Assembly: GCA_963932905.1 (NCBI GenBank)
Contig: CAWVRN010000017.1
Location: 1 to 64,000 of the forward strand
Length of the DNA: 64,000 nt
Direction: 5' to 3'
DNA from: an uncultured Bdellovibrio sp.
GTDB taxonomy: Bacteria > Bdellovibrionota > Bdellovibrionia > Bdellovibrionales > Bdellovibrionaceae
In this document: positions 46,351 through 55,987 of the stretch, piece after piece
Position numbering within the stretch: the stretch's first letter is position 1
Layout of the letters: the number at the start of each line of letters is the position of its first letter
The notes under the pieces: model-generated
What the model was told of the DNA's origin: nothing
What the model saw: the letters and a program-made list of their open reading frames with translations, nothing else
Database searches by the model: none
Translations under genes and position numbers: made by a program

Positions 46351-47475
46351 TTAGAATAAATAGCGGCGGAATGAAACGCTGGAAATTAACCCCAGACCCA
46401 ACATCGTGGTCAACATACTCGACCCACCATACGACAACAAAGGCAAAGGAACCCCAACAATTGGCAATAGCCCGATAACCATTCCCACATTCACAAACAT
46501 ATGCCAGAAGATGTAACTAAGGACACCGACGGCAATGAGGGCTCCGAACTTATCCCGTGCTTGATACGCGATCCTTAATACTAAGAAGAACAAAATACAG
46601 AATAAACCAATCGTTGTGATACTGCCTACAAACCCGTGCTCTTCGCTTAATACTGAATAGATAAAGTCAGTGTGGCGTTCCGGTAAGAATTCTAGCTGTG
46701 ACTGCGTTCCTTTACGAAAACCTTTGCCAAAGAATTGTCCCGAACCTACGGCGTATCTAGATTGTAAGGCATTGTATCCTGTTTTTCGTGGATCGTTTTC
46801 TGGTGATAAAAATGTTAATACGCGATTCTTTTGGTAGTCATGTAGAATGTACTCCCATGCAATCGGTAAGGAAATTGAAATTAATACGAGTGCGCCTACG
46901 ATGATATGCTTTTTTACTTTTGTGAACAAGATCATTGAGCCGCTGATCGCAATGATCATCATGGCGGTCCCTAGATCGGGTTGCTTCATGATCAGCGCGA
47001 AAGGAATCAATACCAAGATTAAGGGTGCGAGTAGTTCTCTAAAACCCATCCCCTGTCCCAATGAGTTTCTTTGTGCAAGAACTTTAGCCAATAACATAAT
47101 CAAGGCCAGCTTCATCGTTTCAGACGGTTGATAGCGAAAAAAACCAAAATCGATCCAGCGCTGGGCGCCTAGCGCAATCTTGCCGAAGAAATCCACATAG
47201 AGGATAGCAAGCAAATTAAAGAAATAAACGACATAACAAATTCTAGAAACGATTGCATAATCTAAAAGAGTAGATATGAAAAAGATACTCCAGCCGGAAA
47301 CCAACCAGACGATCTGATTAATAAACAGTGATTCGACTTCTTTTGAATTCGGTCCGTGAGTGGCGCTGTATAGATTAATAAGGCCGATCACGTTTAAAGC
47401 CAAGATAACTAGAATGATATTCCAATCTAAACGACGGACGAGCGTTTTTTCTTCTAATGAAATTGATAAATCCAT
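46351..47475 (-). CDS. rodA: Rod shape-determining protein RodA
   Basis: GAQRWI, QPSE, QPDLGT, LPERHTDF, PLLSYGGSS. Confidence 0.95.
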   Translation of the reverse strand: MDLSISLEEKTLVRRLDWNIILVILALNVIGLINLYSATHGPNSKEVESLFINQIVWLVSGWSIFFISTLLDYAIVSRICYVVYFFNLLAILYVDFFGKIALGAQRWIDFGFFRYQPSETMKLALIMLLAKVLAQRNSLGQGMGFRELLAPLILVLIPFALIMKQPDLGTAMMIIAISGSMILFTKVKKHIIVGALVLISISLPIAWEYILHDYQKNRVLTFLSPENDPRKTGYNALQSRYAVGSGQFFGKGFRKGTQSQLEFLPERHTDFIYSVLSEEHGFVGSITTIGLFCILFFLVLRIAYQARDKFGALIAVGVLSYIFWHMFVNVGMVIGLLPIVGVPLPLLSYGGSSMLTTMLGLGLISSVSFRRYLF

Positions 47476-47476
47476 C

Positions 47477-49471
47477 TTACTCTCCGTCCTGAAGCGGAAC
47501 AGGCTCGGCAGTCGGCGCTGCTTTTGCTTTTTTAGTTTTCATTGCTTTGAGGCCTTCCTCAATAACTTCCGGATGATATTTTTGGAAATAGGCTTGGATT
47601 ACGTCGCGAACAATCGGCGCCGCACCCGTATTACCATGGCACGAATGTTCTGCTAGAACTCCGACCGTGATTTCTGGATTGATGGGCGGTGCAAACGCTA
47701 CGAACCAGCCGTGATGGCGCATGTGAATTGGTTTCGACATACAATTCGAATAAATTTGGTCCGCCGAGAAATTCATAACCTGCGACGTTCCTGTTTTTCC
47801 CGCCATTTCGACGCCTGGTATTTTCCAGAACCGAGCTGTACCTCGATCGCCGTTCGCCACGCGCCTCATACCTTCACGAACGATGGAGAATGTTTTTTCA
47901 GAAATTTTCACACCGTTAGGCTGCGTTTGCGAAACATCACGCAGTATTTGCGGGAAGTTTTCCTTTAATACTTTACCATCTTGATCCAATATTTTTTGAA
48001 TCACATAAGGCTTCACTACTTTGCCGTTTAAGCCGATCGTATTGTATGCCACTACCATTTGCATCAGAGTAGTATTGACGAAACCTTGACCAATCGCTGT
48101 ACTTAAGTTTTCACCTTCTTGCCATTCTTCACCACGATTTTGTTTTTTCCAAGCTGAGTTCGGCATAATGCCTGGGACTTCGCGGGCAAGTTCAATTCCT
48201 GTTTTCTGTCCGATACCTAGTAAGGAAATGTAGTCATACATTTTCTCGATACCGAGTTTGATACCCAGTTGATAGAAGAACACGTTTGAGCTGCGTTCAA
48301 TCGCATCATAAACGTTGACGTAACCTTGACCACCCTTTTGATGGTCATGGTAGGGACGACGACCAAAGTAAAATACACCCGGAGCATAGACCAATTGTGT
48401 ATCTGTGATTTTCTTTTCTTCAAGAGCCGCCAACGCTACAAGAGGTTTGAACGTCGAACCCGGCGAATGATGATCTTGAATAACTTTATTTCTAAGTGGT
48501 TTGAACGGGTCGTTGATTAACGTGCTCCATGTTTGCGAAGAAATTGCTGTCGCAAATTCGTTCGGGTCAAACGATGGTTCTGATAACCACGCTAAAATTT
48601 GTCCATCTGATTTCATGGCAACAACAGCGCCGATACGTTTTAAATCTGTGAATGATTTATGTGCGGCTTCTTGGATATCGCGATCGATCGTCAACACCGC
48701 ATTGTTACCATGAGAGGCTTCCTGATCCGTAATTTTGTCACCGATAATATTTGGATTACGCAAACTGGTTTCACGGCCATGGGCATCGACTTGAATAAAG
48801 CTAACACCATCTTGCCCGCGAACTTCGCGTTCTAGATTTTCCTCTAAGCCACTTTTTCCAATGATATCACCTTGTTCGAATTTCAAAACGCCTTTGTAAA
48901 GTTCATTTAGCAAAGGTAATTGTTTTTTGGAAATTTCGCTCACATAACCAAACAGCTGCGCGCCATTTTGTTTAAGTGGGTAGTGACGAATAATCGTTTC
49001 GCGAATTTCTAATCCCGGTGTGTCCAGGTTAATGCGTTTTAAACGAAAAACTTCTTCACGAGTTAAATTTTCTTTCAAACGAATCGTAGCGAAGGGTCCA
49101 TTTACACGACGACTGCGTTGTACACGAGTCACGATTTTGTCGGGCTCCATTCCTAAGATCGGCGCCAGGCGAACGGCCATCTCGTCAAGGTTAACAATGT
49201 ACTGTGGAGTTAGAATTGCTTCAAAGCCAGGAAGATTTTGCACTAATGATTTGCCATGACGATCTAATAAAAGGCCGCGAGGTGCCGGAATCTTAACTTG
49301 CTTGATCCTGTTCTTTTCCGAGAAATCGCGCAGTTCAGAACCAGAAATAATTTGTAGGTACCAAAGGCGCAGCGAGAACACGATAAATGTCGTGATAACA
49401 ACGGCGTATATATATTTATATCGGCCCCAATACTCTTTCGATTCGTCGGGGTTACTTACGTAATCAGCCAT
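47477..49471 (-). CDS. mrdA: Penicillin-binding protein 2
   Basis: SxxK (STFK), SxN (SSN), KTG (KTGT). Confidence 0.95.
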   Translation of the reverse strand: MADYVSNPDESKEYWGRYKYIYAVVITTFIVFSLRLWYLQIISGSELRDFSEKNRIKQVKIPAPRGLLLDRHGKSLVQNLPGFEAILTPQYIVNLDEMAVRLAPILGMEPDKIVTRVQRSRRVNGPFATIRLKENLTREEVFRLKRINLDTPGLEIRETIIRHYPLKQNGAQLFGYVSEISKKQLPLLNELYKGVLKFEQGDIIGKSGLEENLEREVRGQDGVSFIQVDAHGRETSLRNPNIIGDKITDQEASHGNNAVLTIDRDIQEAAHKSFTDLKRIGAVVAMKSDGQILAWLSEPSFDPNEFATAISSQTWSTLINDPFKPLRNKVIQDHHSPGSTFKPLVALAALEEKKITDTQLVYAPGVFYFGRRPYHDHQKGGQGYVNVYDAIERSSNVFFYQLGIKLGIEKMYDYISLLGIGQKTGIELAREVPGIMPNSAWKKQNRGEEWQEGENLSTAIGQGFVNTTLMQMVVAYNTIGLNGKVVKPYVIQKILDQDGKVLKENFPQILRDVSQTQPNGVKISEKTFSIVREGMRRVANGDRGTARFWKIPGVEMAGKTGTSQVMNFSADQIYSNCMSKPIHMRHHGWFVAFAPPINPEITVGVLAEHSCHGNTGAAPIVRDVIQAYFQKYHPEVIEEGLKAMKTKKAKAAPTAEPVPLQDGE

Positions 49472-50003
49472 TCAACTCTCCGTGAACTTCAGATGGCATT
49501 TCAGGCTTAAACAAAATATCTAAACGTTTAATGACCGGGTAGGTATAATAAGCAATTAATGTAGTCGATAAAATTTGGAACAATCGATCCCAGATTAAGA
49601 ACGGTGAAAAGTGCGGTTCAAATAAATAAGAATTTACCAAGTACATCACGTTAAACAGAGTCATAGAAACACCGGTGATCAATGTGAAATAAGCGGCTCC
49701 GGGCCAGTAAACGCGATTCTTAACAATATAAAGAAGAATGTAATTAAACAGGCATGTCAGCATTAGAATACCCAAAGCGGCGTAACTGAATAGTGAATAG
49801 ATAAAAATCGAAGAGTAGCAATATATCACTGATTTCCAATCCTCTTTATCCAATCCAAAATAAACAAACAGGATAAAACAAAGAAAAGGCGATGCTAGCG
49901 ATCCAAAGACTTGATACCAAACTACGGTTTGAAAACTACATAGAATGTAGGTCAGGATAAAAAAGATCAGACCGTGAATGATCCGTAATCGTGATAATTT
50001 CAA
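49464..50003 (-). CDS. mreD: MreD-like membrane protein
   Basis: Fully hydrophobic 179 aa between mreC and mrdA; call based mainly on position. Confidence 0.65.
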   Translation of the reverse strand: MKLSRLRIIHGLIFFILTYILCSFQTVVWYQVFGSLASPFLCFILFVYFGLDKEDWKSVIYCYSSIFIYSLFSYAALGILMLTCLFNYILLYIVKNRVYWPGAAYFTLITGVSMTLFNVMYLVNSYLFEPHFSPFLIWDRLFQILSTTLIAYYTYPVIKRLDILFKPEMPSEVHGELNG

Positions 50004-50860
50004 TTCTTAACCTCTGTTGGAACTACGACTTCTGACATATCTTGGTTCTTCGCATTTAGAACCACAAAAACTTCTTCCACCTTGTCAGGATCAACCAGCG
50101 GCTTTAAATCGACTTTTAATGAGACGCTGATTTGTTTTTTTTCTGCTGATTCAACGATGGCAATAGGAAACCCTTTCGGGAAAATATTATCCAAACCACC
50201 AGTCACAACTAAATCACCGGGGCGAACATCTTCGGTGCGTTCTACGTATTTCAGAACCGCGCCAGTTTTGCCTTTGCCTTCGACGATACCGTGCGCGCGA
50301 CTTCGCTGAATAACGCCGTCGATTACGGCATAACGATCTGTCATAAGTAAAATGTGTGATGTTTTTTGAAGTGGTTTAAATACGTAACCTAAAGCGCCTT
50401 GTAAAGTCATGACAGCTTGGCCTTCTTTTAAGCCATCCACAGTGCCTTTATTGATCGTGATCGTGCTGTGATCAGGAATTAGATCGCGAGCGATAACTTG
50501 CGCTGCTAACAGATCCATTTTTGTAGATTCACGAAAGGTAAGAAGTTGTTTGAGTCGCGCATTTTCTTGATTGATTTCATCGAATTTTAGGAGGCGAGTC
50601 GCTAATTCTTGATTTTGATTTTTTAAACTTTCATTTTGTTTCTTTATTTGTATCAAGTTGAGATACTGACCAGTGGTGCTTTTTACGCCCGCACTGTAGT
50701 TGTAAAAAAAATCTTGAAAGTGTCCGGCTAACCATGAAAATGGTTGTTTAAACCATTCCGAATCGTTTTGTTTTTCTTCCATGTTAATGGTGATCAAAGG
50801 CATGACCAGAACGAAAACAAAGAAAATCAGTTTTTTTAGATTTATATTTAAAAAATTCAA
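50000..50860 (-). CDS. mreC: Rod shape-determining protein MreC
   Basis: ENARLKQLL, TINKG, TGGLDNIFPKGFP. AGGAG RBS before TTG 50860 preferred to 50986. Confidence 0.92.
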   Translation of the reverse strand: MNFLNINLKKLIFFVFVLVMPLITINMEEKQNDSEWFKQPFSWLAGHFQDFFYNYSAGVKSTTGQYLNLIQIKKQNESLKNQNQELATRLLKFDEINQENARLKQLLTFRESTKMDLLAAQVIARDLIPDHSTITINKGTVDGLKEGQAVMTLQGALGYVFKPLQKTSHILLMTDRYAVIDGVIQRSRAHGIVEGKGKTGAVLKYVERTEDVRPGDLVVTGGLDNIFPKGFPIAIVESAEKKQISVSLKVDLKPLVDPDKVEEVFVVLNAKNQDMSEVVVPTEVKN

Positions 50861-51045
50861 AAATGGGCTCCTAAAAGTGCGTACAATAAGTCTAAATGAA
50901 CACCGGAACCCGAGCAACACATAATAAGACGGTATTGGCACACCACTTCTTAAGAAAGTCCGCCGAAGTTTTGACTTGAAAACCACTTAAAAAAAAGGTG
51001 TTATTTAAGCTTCGATTTGAACTCGATCAACAAAGAGAGAAAACT

Positions 51046-52638
51046 ATGGATACAAGAAAAGGCCGCGAAAATCGTGATAAACAGAATACTGAAGCTACGA
51101 ACGATGTGATTCCGCAAGGTAGTTCGACCTTTGATCAGGTCAAAGGCTTGATACAGTCAAGAGACCGCACTAAGAAAATCATCGGGACATTGTTATTTGG
51201 TCTGCCGATCATAGTCGTTTTCGTGTTTTTTGGTCTGCCTAGCGACCGTAACAATATGAGTGGTGCTTCGAATGCGGCTCGAGTGAACCGTACGTTCATT
51301 TCAATTGCTGATTTTGCTCAGGAAGAACAACGTATCCAGAAAATGCAAGAATACTATGCACAGATGTTTGGTCAGCCCATCACTTTCGACCCAGAGCGAC
51401 AAAGAGCGATGCGCCGCCAAGCGGTCGAGTCATTGGTGCAGTTAGAGCTACTATCGCAAGCGACCGAGAAGGAAAATATCTTAGTTTCTGATAAAGAAAT
51501 CCTAAGCTTCATTCAGGACATGAACGAATTCAAAAAAGATGGTCAATTCCAACCTTCATATTATTTCCAATTGCTAGAAGCGAACCGGTTGTCGCCAACC
51601 AGCTTTGAAAGCAAAATCAAAAAACAAGTTCAAACACAACGCACTCGCCAGTTGTTTGAATCTGTTTCTCGTCCATCTCAGCTGGAAGTGGATAAGTTAA
51701 ATGAACTCAGCCGCCAGCAATGGAACATTCAGTTCGTAAAACTGGATCGTGAAGAGCAAGGCAAGAAAGTGGCGGTGTCTGATGGGGAAATCGCAGAACA
51801 TTTAGCTAAGGATGAATTTAAAAAACGTGTGAACAGTTATTTTGAAGCAAACCGTTCAAAGTACGATGCTCCTGAAAAAGTATCTGCACAAGTTATCGTG
51901 GCTAACTTTACGCCTGGAAATGCCGCGACGGAAAAGAAAGCCATGGATAAAATTATGGACGTTCAAGCTAAGGCCGCGACGGAAGACTTCGGAGCATTGG
52001 CTCAGAAGTATTCGGACGATGTGGGCACTAAAAACAAAAAAGGTGACCTAGGTTACTTTGCTCGTGGTGAAAAAGAAGTGGCTTTAGAGAACGCCGCATT
52101 CTCATTAGAGGTAGGTAAGGTTTCGGCTCCAGTTAAGGGTTTTTCGTCCTACCAACTTGTGAAATTGACAGATCGTAAGGCGGCGACAAAAGCTGAATTG
52201 GCATCAGTGGAAAGAAAAATCGCAGCGGAATTGTTAGGTAAAGATAAATTTGAATCTCTACAAGCTCAGTTAGCAGAAAGTTTAAAATCTGGCCAAGTAG
52301 AAGCGGTAAATGCGGCTTTGAAAAGTATGGGGCTAAATTGGGAAGAAACTGGTTTCTTCAGTTTGGATGCCGCGCAAATTCCTAAATTGATGGAAAAAGA
52401 ATTGAAAATGGCGGCATTAGAATTGACTCCGAAAAGTACGCTTTCAAAACAATTAGTGACAGTTAGAAACTTGCACTATGTTTTACATTTGAAAGATACA
52501 AAAACAGTCGAGCTAGATAAAAATAGAAATGAAGCGAAATCGATGACTCAACAGGCTTCGAATCAATTGCAAGACGACTGGATCCAGCAATTCAGAAGTA
52601 CAAGCAACGTTCAAATTAATCCAATGGTACTTGAGTAA
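51046..52638 (+). CDS. ppiD: PpiD-like membrane-anchored parvulin chaperone (SurA N-terminal domain)
   Basis: TM anchor, SurA_N-like region, FGALAQKYSDD..GDLGYF rotamase motif. ATG 51046 preferred. Confidence 0.82.
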   Translation: MDTRKGRENRDKQNTEATNDVIPQGSSTFDQVKGLIQSRDRTKKIIGTLLFGLPIIVVFVFFGLPSDRNNMSGASNAARVNRTFISIADFAQEEQRIQKMQEYYAQMFGQPITFDPERQRAMRRQAVESLVQLELLSQATEKENILVSDKEILSFIQDMNEFKKDGQFQPSYYFQLLEANRLSPTSFESKIKKQVQTQRTRQLFESVSRPSQLEVDKLNELSRQQWNIQFVKLDREEQGKKVAVSDGEIAEHLAKDEFKKRVNSYFEANRSKYDAPEKVSAQVIVANFTPGNAATEKKAMDKIMDVQAKAATEDFGALAQKYSDDVGTKNKKGDLGYFARGEKEVALENAAFSLEVGKVSAPVKGFSSYQLVKLTDRKAATKAELASVERKIAAELLGKDKFESLQAQLAESLKSGQVEAVNAALKSMGLNWEETGFFSLDAAQIPKLMEKELKMAALELTPKSTLSKQLVTVRNLHYVLHLKDTKTVELDKNRNEAKSMTQQASNQLQDDWIQQFRSTSNVQINPMVLE

Positions 52639-52643
52639 TACTT

Positions 52644-53219
52644 ATGGCAAACACCCAGCCGACGTTTTTAAGACGGTTCGAGGTGTTTGCCCGTATTTCT
52701 AACGGCAAGTCCGCCGTCATTTTAGAACAAGTTCAAATTACTTTAGGTTTTGCCGGTCCCGTTGATAGGGAATCGGGGATGGTGCTGAATCTGACGGATG
52801 TCGACGAGTGGATTCGGCAATTTAAAACCGCGACAAATAAGAAATCCTATGCCAGTCGCTGGGCCCTTTGCCGTTCAGTCGTCGCAAAATTTAAATCGTT
52901 AATTGATCGTAAAGAATTCGTTGAAGTTCGTTTTAAATTCCATAACTTTGAAGTAATGTACAAGAACTCTGACGTGTTTATTAAATGGCATCAGCACTCC
53001 GTAGTCAGCACTGACCAGATCAGATGGCTGTCTCCGGTGGCGTTGCAACTTCAATGTAAAACAAAAAAATGGCCGCCGGTAAGTCCTGCGGTCGAATCTA
53101 AAATCATAAAAAGTCTAAAAACTATTCGATTGGGTAAGCAGAAATGGTCTGTGTCAGGGACTGCATTCTGTAGCTTTGAATACGTTGATCCAAACTTAGG
53201 TATCACGGTTTTTATTTAG
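52644..53219 (+). CDS. Degenerate PTPS/QueD-like (T-fold) protein
   Basis: GPVDRESGMVLNLTDV matches the PTPS GxxDxxxGMVxNLxD motif, but the Cys/HGH metal site is absent. Confidence 0.55.
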   Translation: MANTQPTFLRRFEVFARISNGKSAVILEQVQITLGFAGPVDRESGMVLNLTDVDEWIRQFKTATNKKSYASRWALCRSVVAKFKSLIDRKEFVEVRFKFHNFEVMYKNSDVFIKWHQHSVVSTDQIRWLSPVALQLQCKTKKWPPVSPAVESKIIKSLKTIRLGKQKWSVSGTAFCSFEYVDPNLGITVFI

Positions 53220-53255
53220 TCTGAGCACCTAACAATGTGGGTATTTCGATATAAA

Positions 53256-53699
53256 TTATTTTAAAATAAATTTATTAGAGAACGCTTCAGGAAGTAAATC
53301 TTTGAAAAGCATCTTTTTGAATTCTTTGCGATTATTTCCAAAAAACACGACGGTTTTAGGCGAGCAGAATTCGGACATCACCTGACGGCATAGTCCACAT
53401 GGTGGCCATTGATCTTTTTCACTCGATACGACAACCACCGCTTGCAGAGGCAATGTCATGTTGTGTGAAATACCTTTCCAAATAGCCACGCGTTCCGCGC
53501 AGACAGTGCCACCATACGATGAATTTTCAACATTACAGCCGGTATATTCAAAGCCTTTGGCGTCAAGGATTGTAGATCCAATGTGAAAACCAGAATAAGG
53601 GGCATAGGCATTTTTTTGAACTGCGTATGCACTTTCGATCATTGATTTAAGAATCGGGTTTTTAACTTGCGAGTATTTAAATTTTTTAGCACTGATCAT
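53256..53699 (-). CDS. cdd: Cytidine deaminase (tetrameric type)
   Basis: AYAPYS, GCNVEN, CAER, PCGLCRQ. Confidence 0.95.
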   Translation of the reverse strand: MISAKKFKYSQVKNPILKSMIESAYAVQKNAYAPYSGFHIGSTILDAKGFEYTGCNVENSSYGGTVCAERVAIWKGISHNMTLPLQAVVVVSSEKDQWPPCGLCRQVMSEFCSPKTVVFFGNNRKEFKKMLFKDLLPEAFSNKFILK

Positions 53700-54298
53700 T
53701 TTATTCCATCCAAAAAAGGAATTGCAATATTCAGTGAATTGAAAACTTTGGCAAGGGATAAAAGCGGTAATCCTTGAATCGCGGTAAAATCTTCGGTCTT
53801 TAACGAGTCCACCAATTGAATCCCATGTTTTTCGATTTTATACGAACCGGCGCAATCCAGAGGCTGGTCTAATTTCACATAGGCCGTGATTTGTTCGAAG
53901 GATAGGGGTTTTAAGGTGATTTGAGTGATATTTAAAATGTCGATGCCTTTCAGGCCATCGAAAACTGTGCAGGCGGTCACAAGTTCGTGGGTTTTGCCCT
54001 GCATTCTTAGGAGTTGAGCGATAGCTTTTTCTTCGGTTCCTGGTTTGCCTAAAATATCACCTTCGAAAGCAACCAATTGATCTCCCGAAATAGTGATGGT
54101 GTCGGGTTTTGCGATCGAGGCGCCTTTTTCATAACTTAGCTTTTGGGCAATGGCGTGAGGATGCTTTAGAGCCGCTACGATTTGATGTTTAACACTGTCT
54201 TCGTCAAACATTGGTTTAACGCCTTTAAAGGGAATCCCTAGGGTCGCCAGTTGCTGGTGACGGTACGGAGAAGTACTGGCTAAAACGATTTTCTTCAT
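53696..54298 (-). CDS. maf: Maf-family nucleotide pyrophosphatase, YceF-subtype signature
   Basis: LASTSPYR, GDQ, GKP, AGSYKIE. The aromatic/Q/E signature fits the YceF type. Confidence 0.9.
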   Translation of the reverse strand: MKKIVLASTSPYRHQQLATLGIPFKGVKPMFDEDSVKHQIVAALKHPHAIAQKLSYEKGASIAKPDTITISGDQLVAFEGDILGKPGTEEKAIAQLLRMQGKTHELVTACTVFDGLKGIDILNITQITLKPLSFEQITAYVKLDQPLDCAGSYKIEKHGIQLVDSLKTEDFTAIQGLPLLSLAKVFNSLNIAIPFLDGIK

Positions 54299-54313
54299 GC
54301 TATAACCCATCAC

Positions 54314-55192
54314 ATGATCACGGTCGACGCAATTAAAAAATCCTCAGACACTGACCAGATTCCACTAAAATGGGTTGGTATGGAAAACGTCGTATTGCCC
54401 GTTTCTTGTGAATGGAATAATCAAAAAACCAATCTTATTTGTGATTTCGATATTTTTGTGAATCTGGTGAATCCGTCAAAAGGTATTCACATGTCACGGT
54501 TGTACGAATTATTGATCCAGTACACGCAGACAGAAACGCTGGCGTTGTCGGGTGTTCGTCGACTGCTAACAGCCTTCATACAATCACAAAATGGGTTAAG
54601 TACTGAGGCAAAAATTTCGCTTTCATTGGTCATGCCAGTGACTGAGAAAACTTTAAAATCTGAAAAATTTTATTTTAAAACTGTACCGGTCTATTTTGAT
54701 TTTATTTTGGCGAATGGATTTGTCAAAACAGAAGTGAAATTTAAATTGGACTATTCAAGCACCTGCCCTCAATCGGCAGCCCTGGCTCATCAGTTGACGA
54801 TTGGAGAGTTTGAAAAACAAAGTGGGGTAAAAACAGCCGCAGAGTTGACCCAATGGTATTCCCAACGTGGATTTATTGCGACTCCGCATGCTCAGCGAAG
54901 CGAATTGAGTTTAACGGCTGTGGTGACAGAGGAATTTGACCTTTCGGAATTTGCCGCTTTGTTTCAAGGTGTCGAGCAATGTTTAGGGACACCCACGCAA
55001 GGAATCGTGAAGCGGGAAGATGAGCAGGAATTTGCGCGTTTGAATGCAAGCAATTTGATGTTTTGCGAAGATGCGGCTCGCAAGTTGACCGTATTTCTAA
55101 AGCGATCGTCAGATTTGGTTTCCGGTCAGGGCAAAGTCAGTCATTTTGAATCGCTACACTCCCATAACGCCGTCGCGTATTTTGATTTTTAG
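54314..55192 (+). CDS. folE2: GTP cyclohydrolase I type IB
   Basis: KGIHMSRL, STCP, TPHAQRS, FCEDAAR, HFESLHSHNA. Confidence 0.93.
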   Translation: MITVDAIKKSSDTDQIPLKWVGMENVVLPVSCEWNNQKTNLICDFDIFVNLVNPSKGIHMSRLYELLIQYTQTETLALSGVRRLLTAFIQSQNGLSTEAKISLSLVMPVTEKTLKSEKFYFKTVPVYFDFILANGFVKTEVKFKLDYSSTCPQSAALAHQLTIGEFEKQSGVKTAAELTQWYSQRGFIATPHAQRSELSLTAVVTEEFDLSEFAALFQGVEQCLGTPTQGIVKREDEQEFARLNASNLMFCEDAARKLTVFLKRSSDLVSGQGKVSHFESLHSHNAVAYFDF

Positions 55193-55259
55193 TTAGGGAA
55201 AACTGACTCATCGACTAATCAACAATAGGAAAATTTGACAATCACTCTCGACTGCAACA

Positions 55260-55274
55260 ATGTTGATTCAACAT
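55260..55274. promoter_or_regulatory. Palindromic operator candidate upstream of the ABC operon
   Basis: Perfect 7-1-7 ATGTTGA-T-TCAACAT just downstream of TTGACA (55235-55240). Confidence 0.55.
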
Positions 55275-55306
55275 ATTGAACTATCCATTGACGAATCGGA
55301 GGTCAT

Positions 55307-55987
55307 TTGCAGCCAATCATTCTTGAAAATGTAAAAAAGAACTACCAGCTTGATAAAGTCACCGTCTCGGCGTTGAAGGGTGTAGATCTTAAAATTGATG
55401 CCGGTGAATTCACCGTTATCGCTGGTCCCAGCGGTTCCGGTAAAACGACAATTTTAAATTTAATTGGCTGTGTGGATACTGCGTCTGAAGGAAAAGTCGT
55501 TGTCGGTGGGCAGGAAACCGGCAAGCTCAGCGAAAAGCAATTGACGGATTTGAGACTGCACACCATCGGTTTTATTTTTCAATCCTTTAATTTAATTCCT
55601 GTTTTGAACGTGGTGGATAATGTTGAATTTCCGTTGTTGTTGCAAAATAAGCTTTCCCCGAATGAACGTCGCAATCAAGTGATGCGATTTATCGAGCGTG
55701 TTGGCTTAAGCCAGTATGCGCATCATCGTCCTAGCGAATTATCAGGCGGTCAGCGGCAAAGGGTTGCGATCGCACGAGCTCTCGTAACGCGACCTCAAAT
55801 TGTTTTGGCTGATGAACCTACCGCTAATTTGGATTCAGTGACTGGGCAAAATATTATCGATTTAATGAAAGAGATCAATACTTCGGAAAAAACGACATTC
55901 CTATTTTCTACGCACGATCATTCTATTATGAATCAAGCACGACGAATTATTCGTTTGCATGACGGCCGTATCCAGGAAAAAGCATGA
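55307..55987 (+). CDS. ABC transporter ATP-binding protein (LolD/MacB type)
   Basis: GPSGSGKT, LSGGQ, DEPTANLD; GGAGG RBS with TTG start. Confidence 0.93.
   Translation: MQPIILENVKKNYQLDKVTVSALKGVDLKIDAGEFTVIAGPSGSGKTTILNLIGCVDTASEGKVVVGGQETGKLSEKQLTDLRLHTIGFIFQSFNLIPVLNVVDNVEFPLLLQNKLSPNERRNQVMRFIERVGLSQYAHHRPSELSGGQRQRVAIARALVTRPQIVLADEPTANLDSVTGQNIIDLMKEINTSEKTTFLFSTHDHSIMNQARRIIRLHDGRIQEKA

Noticed and set aside
45961..46354. Two overlapping ORFs (105 aa -, 87 aa +) with mirrored peptides
   Set aside because: The shared peptides are a by-product of the inverted repeat.
50935..50950. Sigma-54-like TTGGCAC upstream of ppiD
   Set aside because: Lacks the -12 GC dinucleotide.
50861..51045. 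Missing mreB upstream of mreC
   Set aside because: There is no room for it and no remnant. mreB is unlinked in various bacteria, so absence here says nothing about loss.
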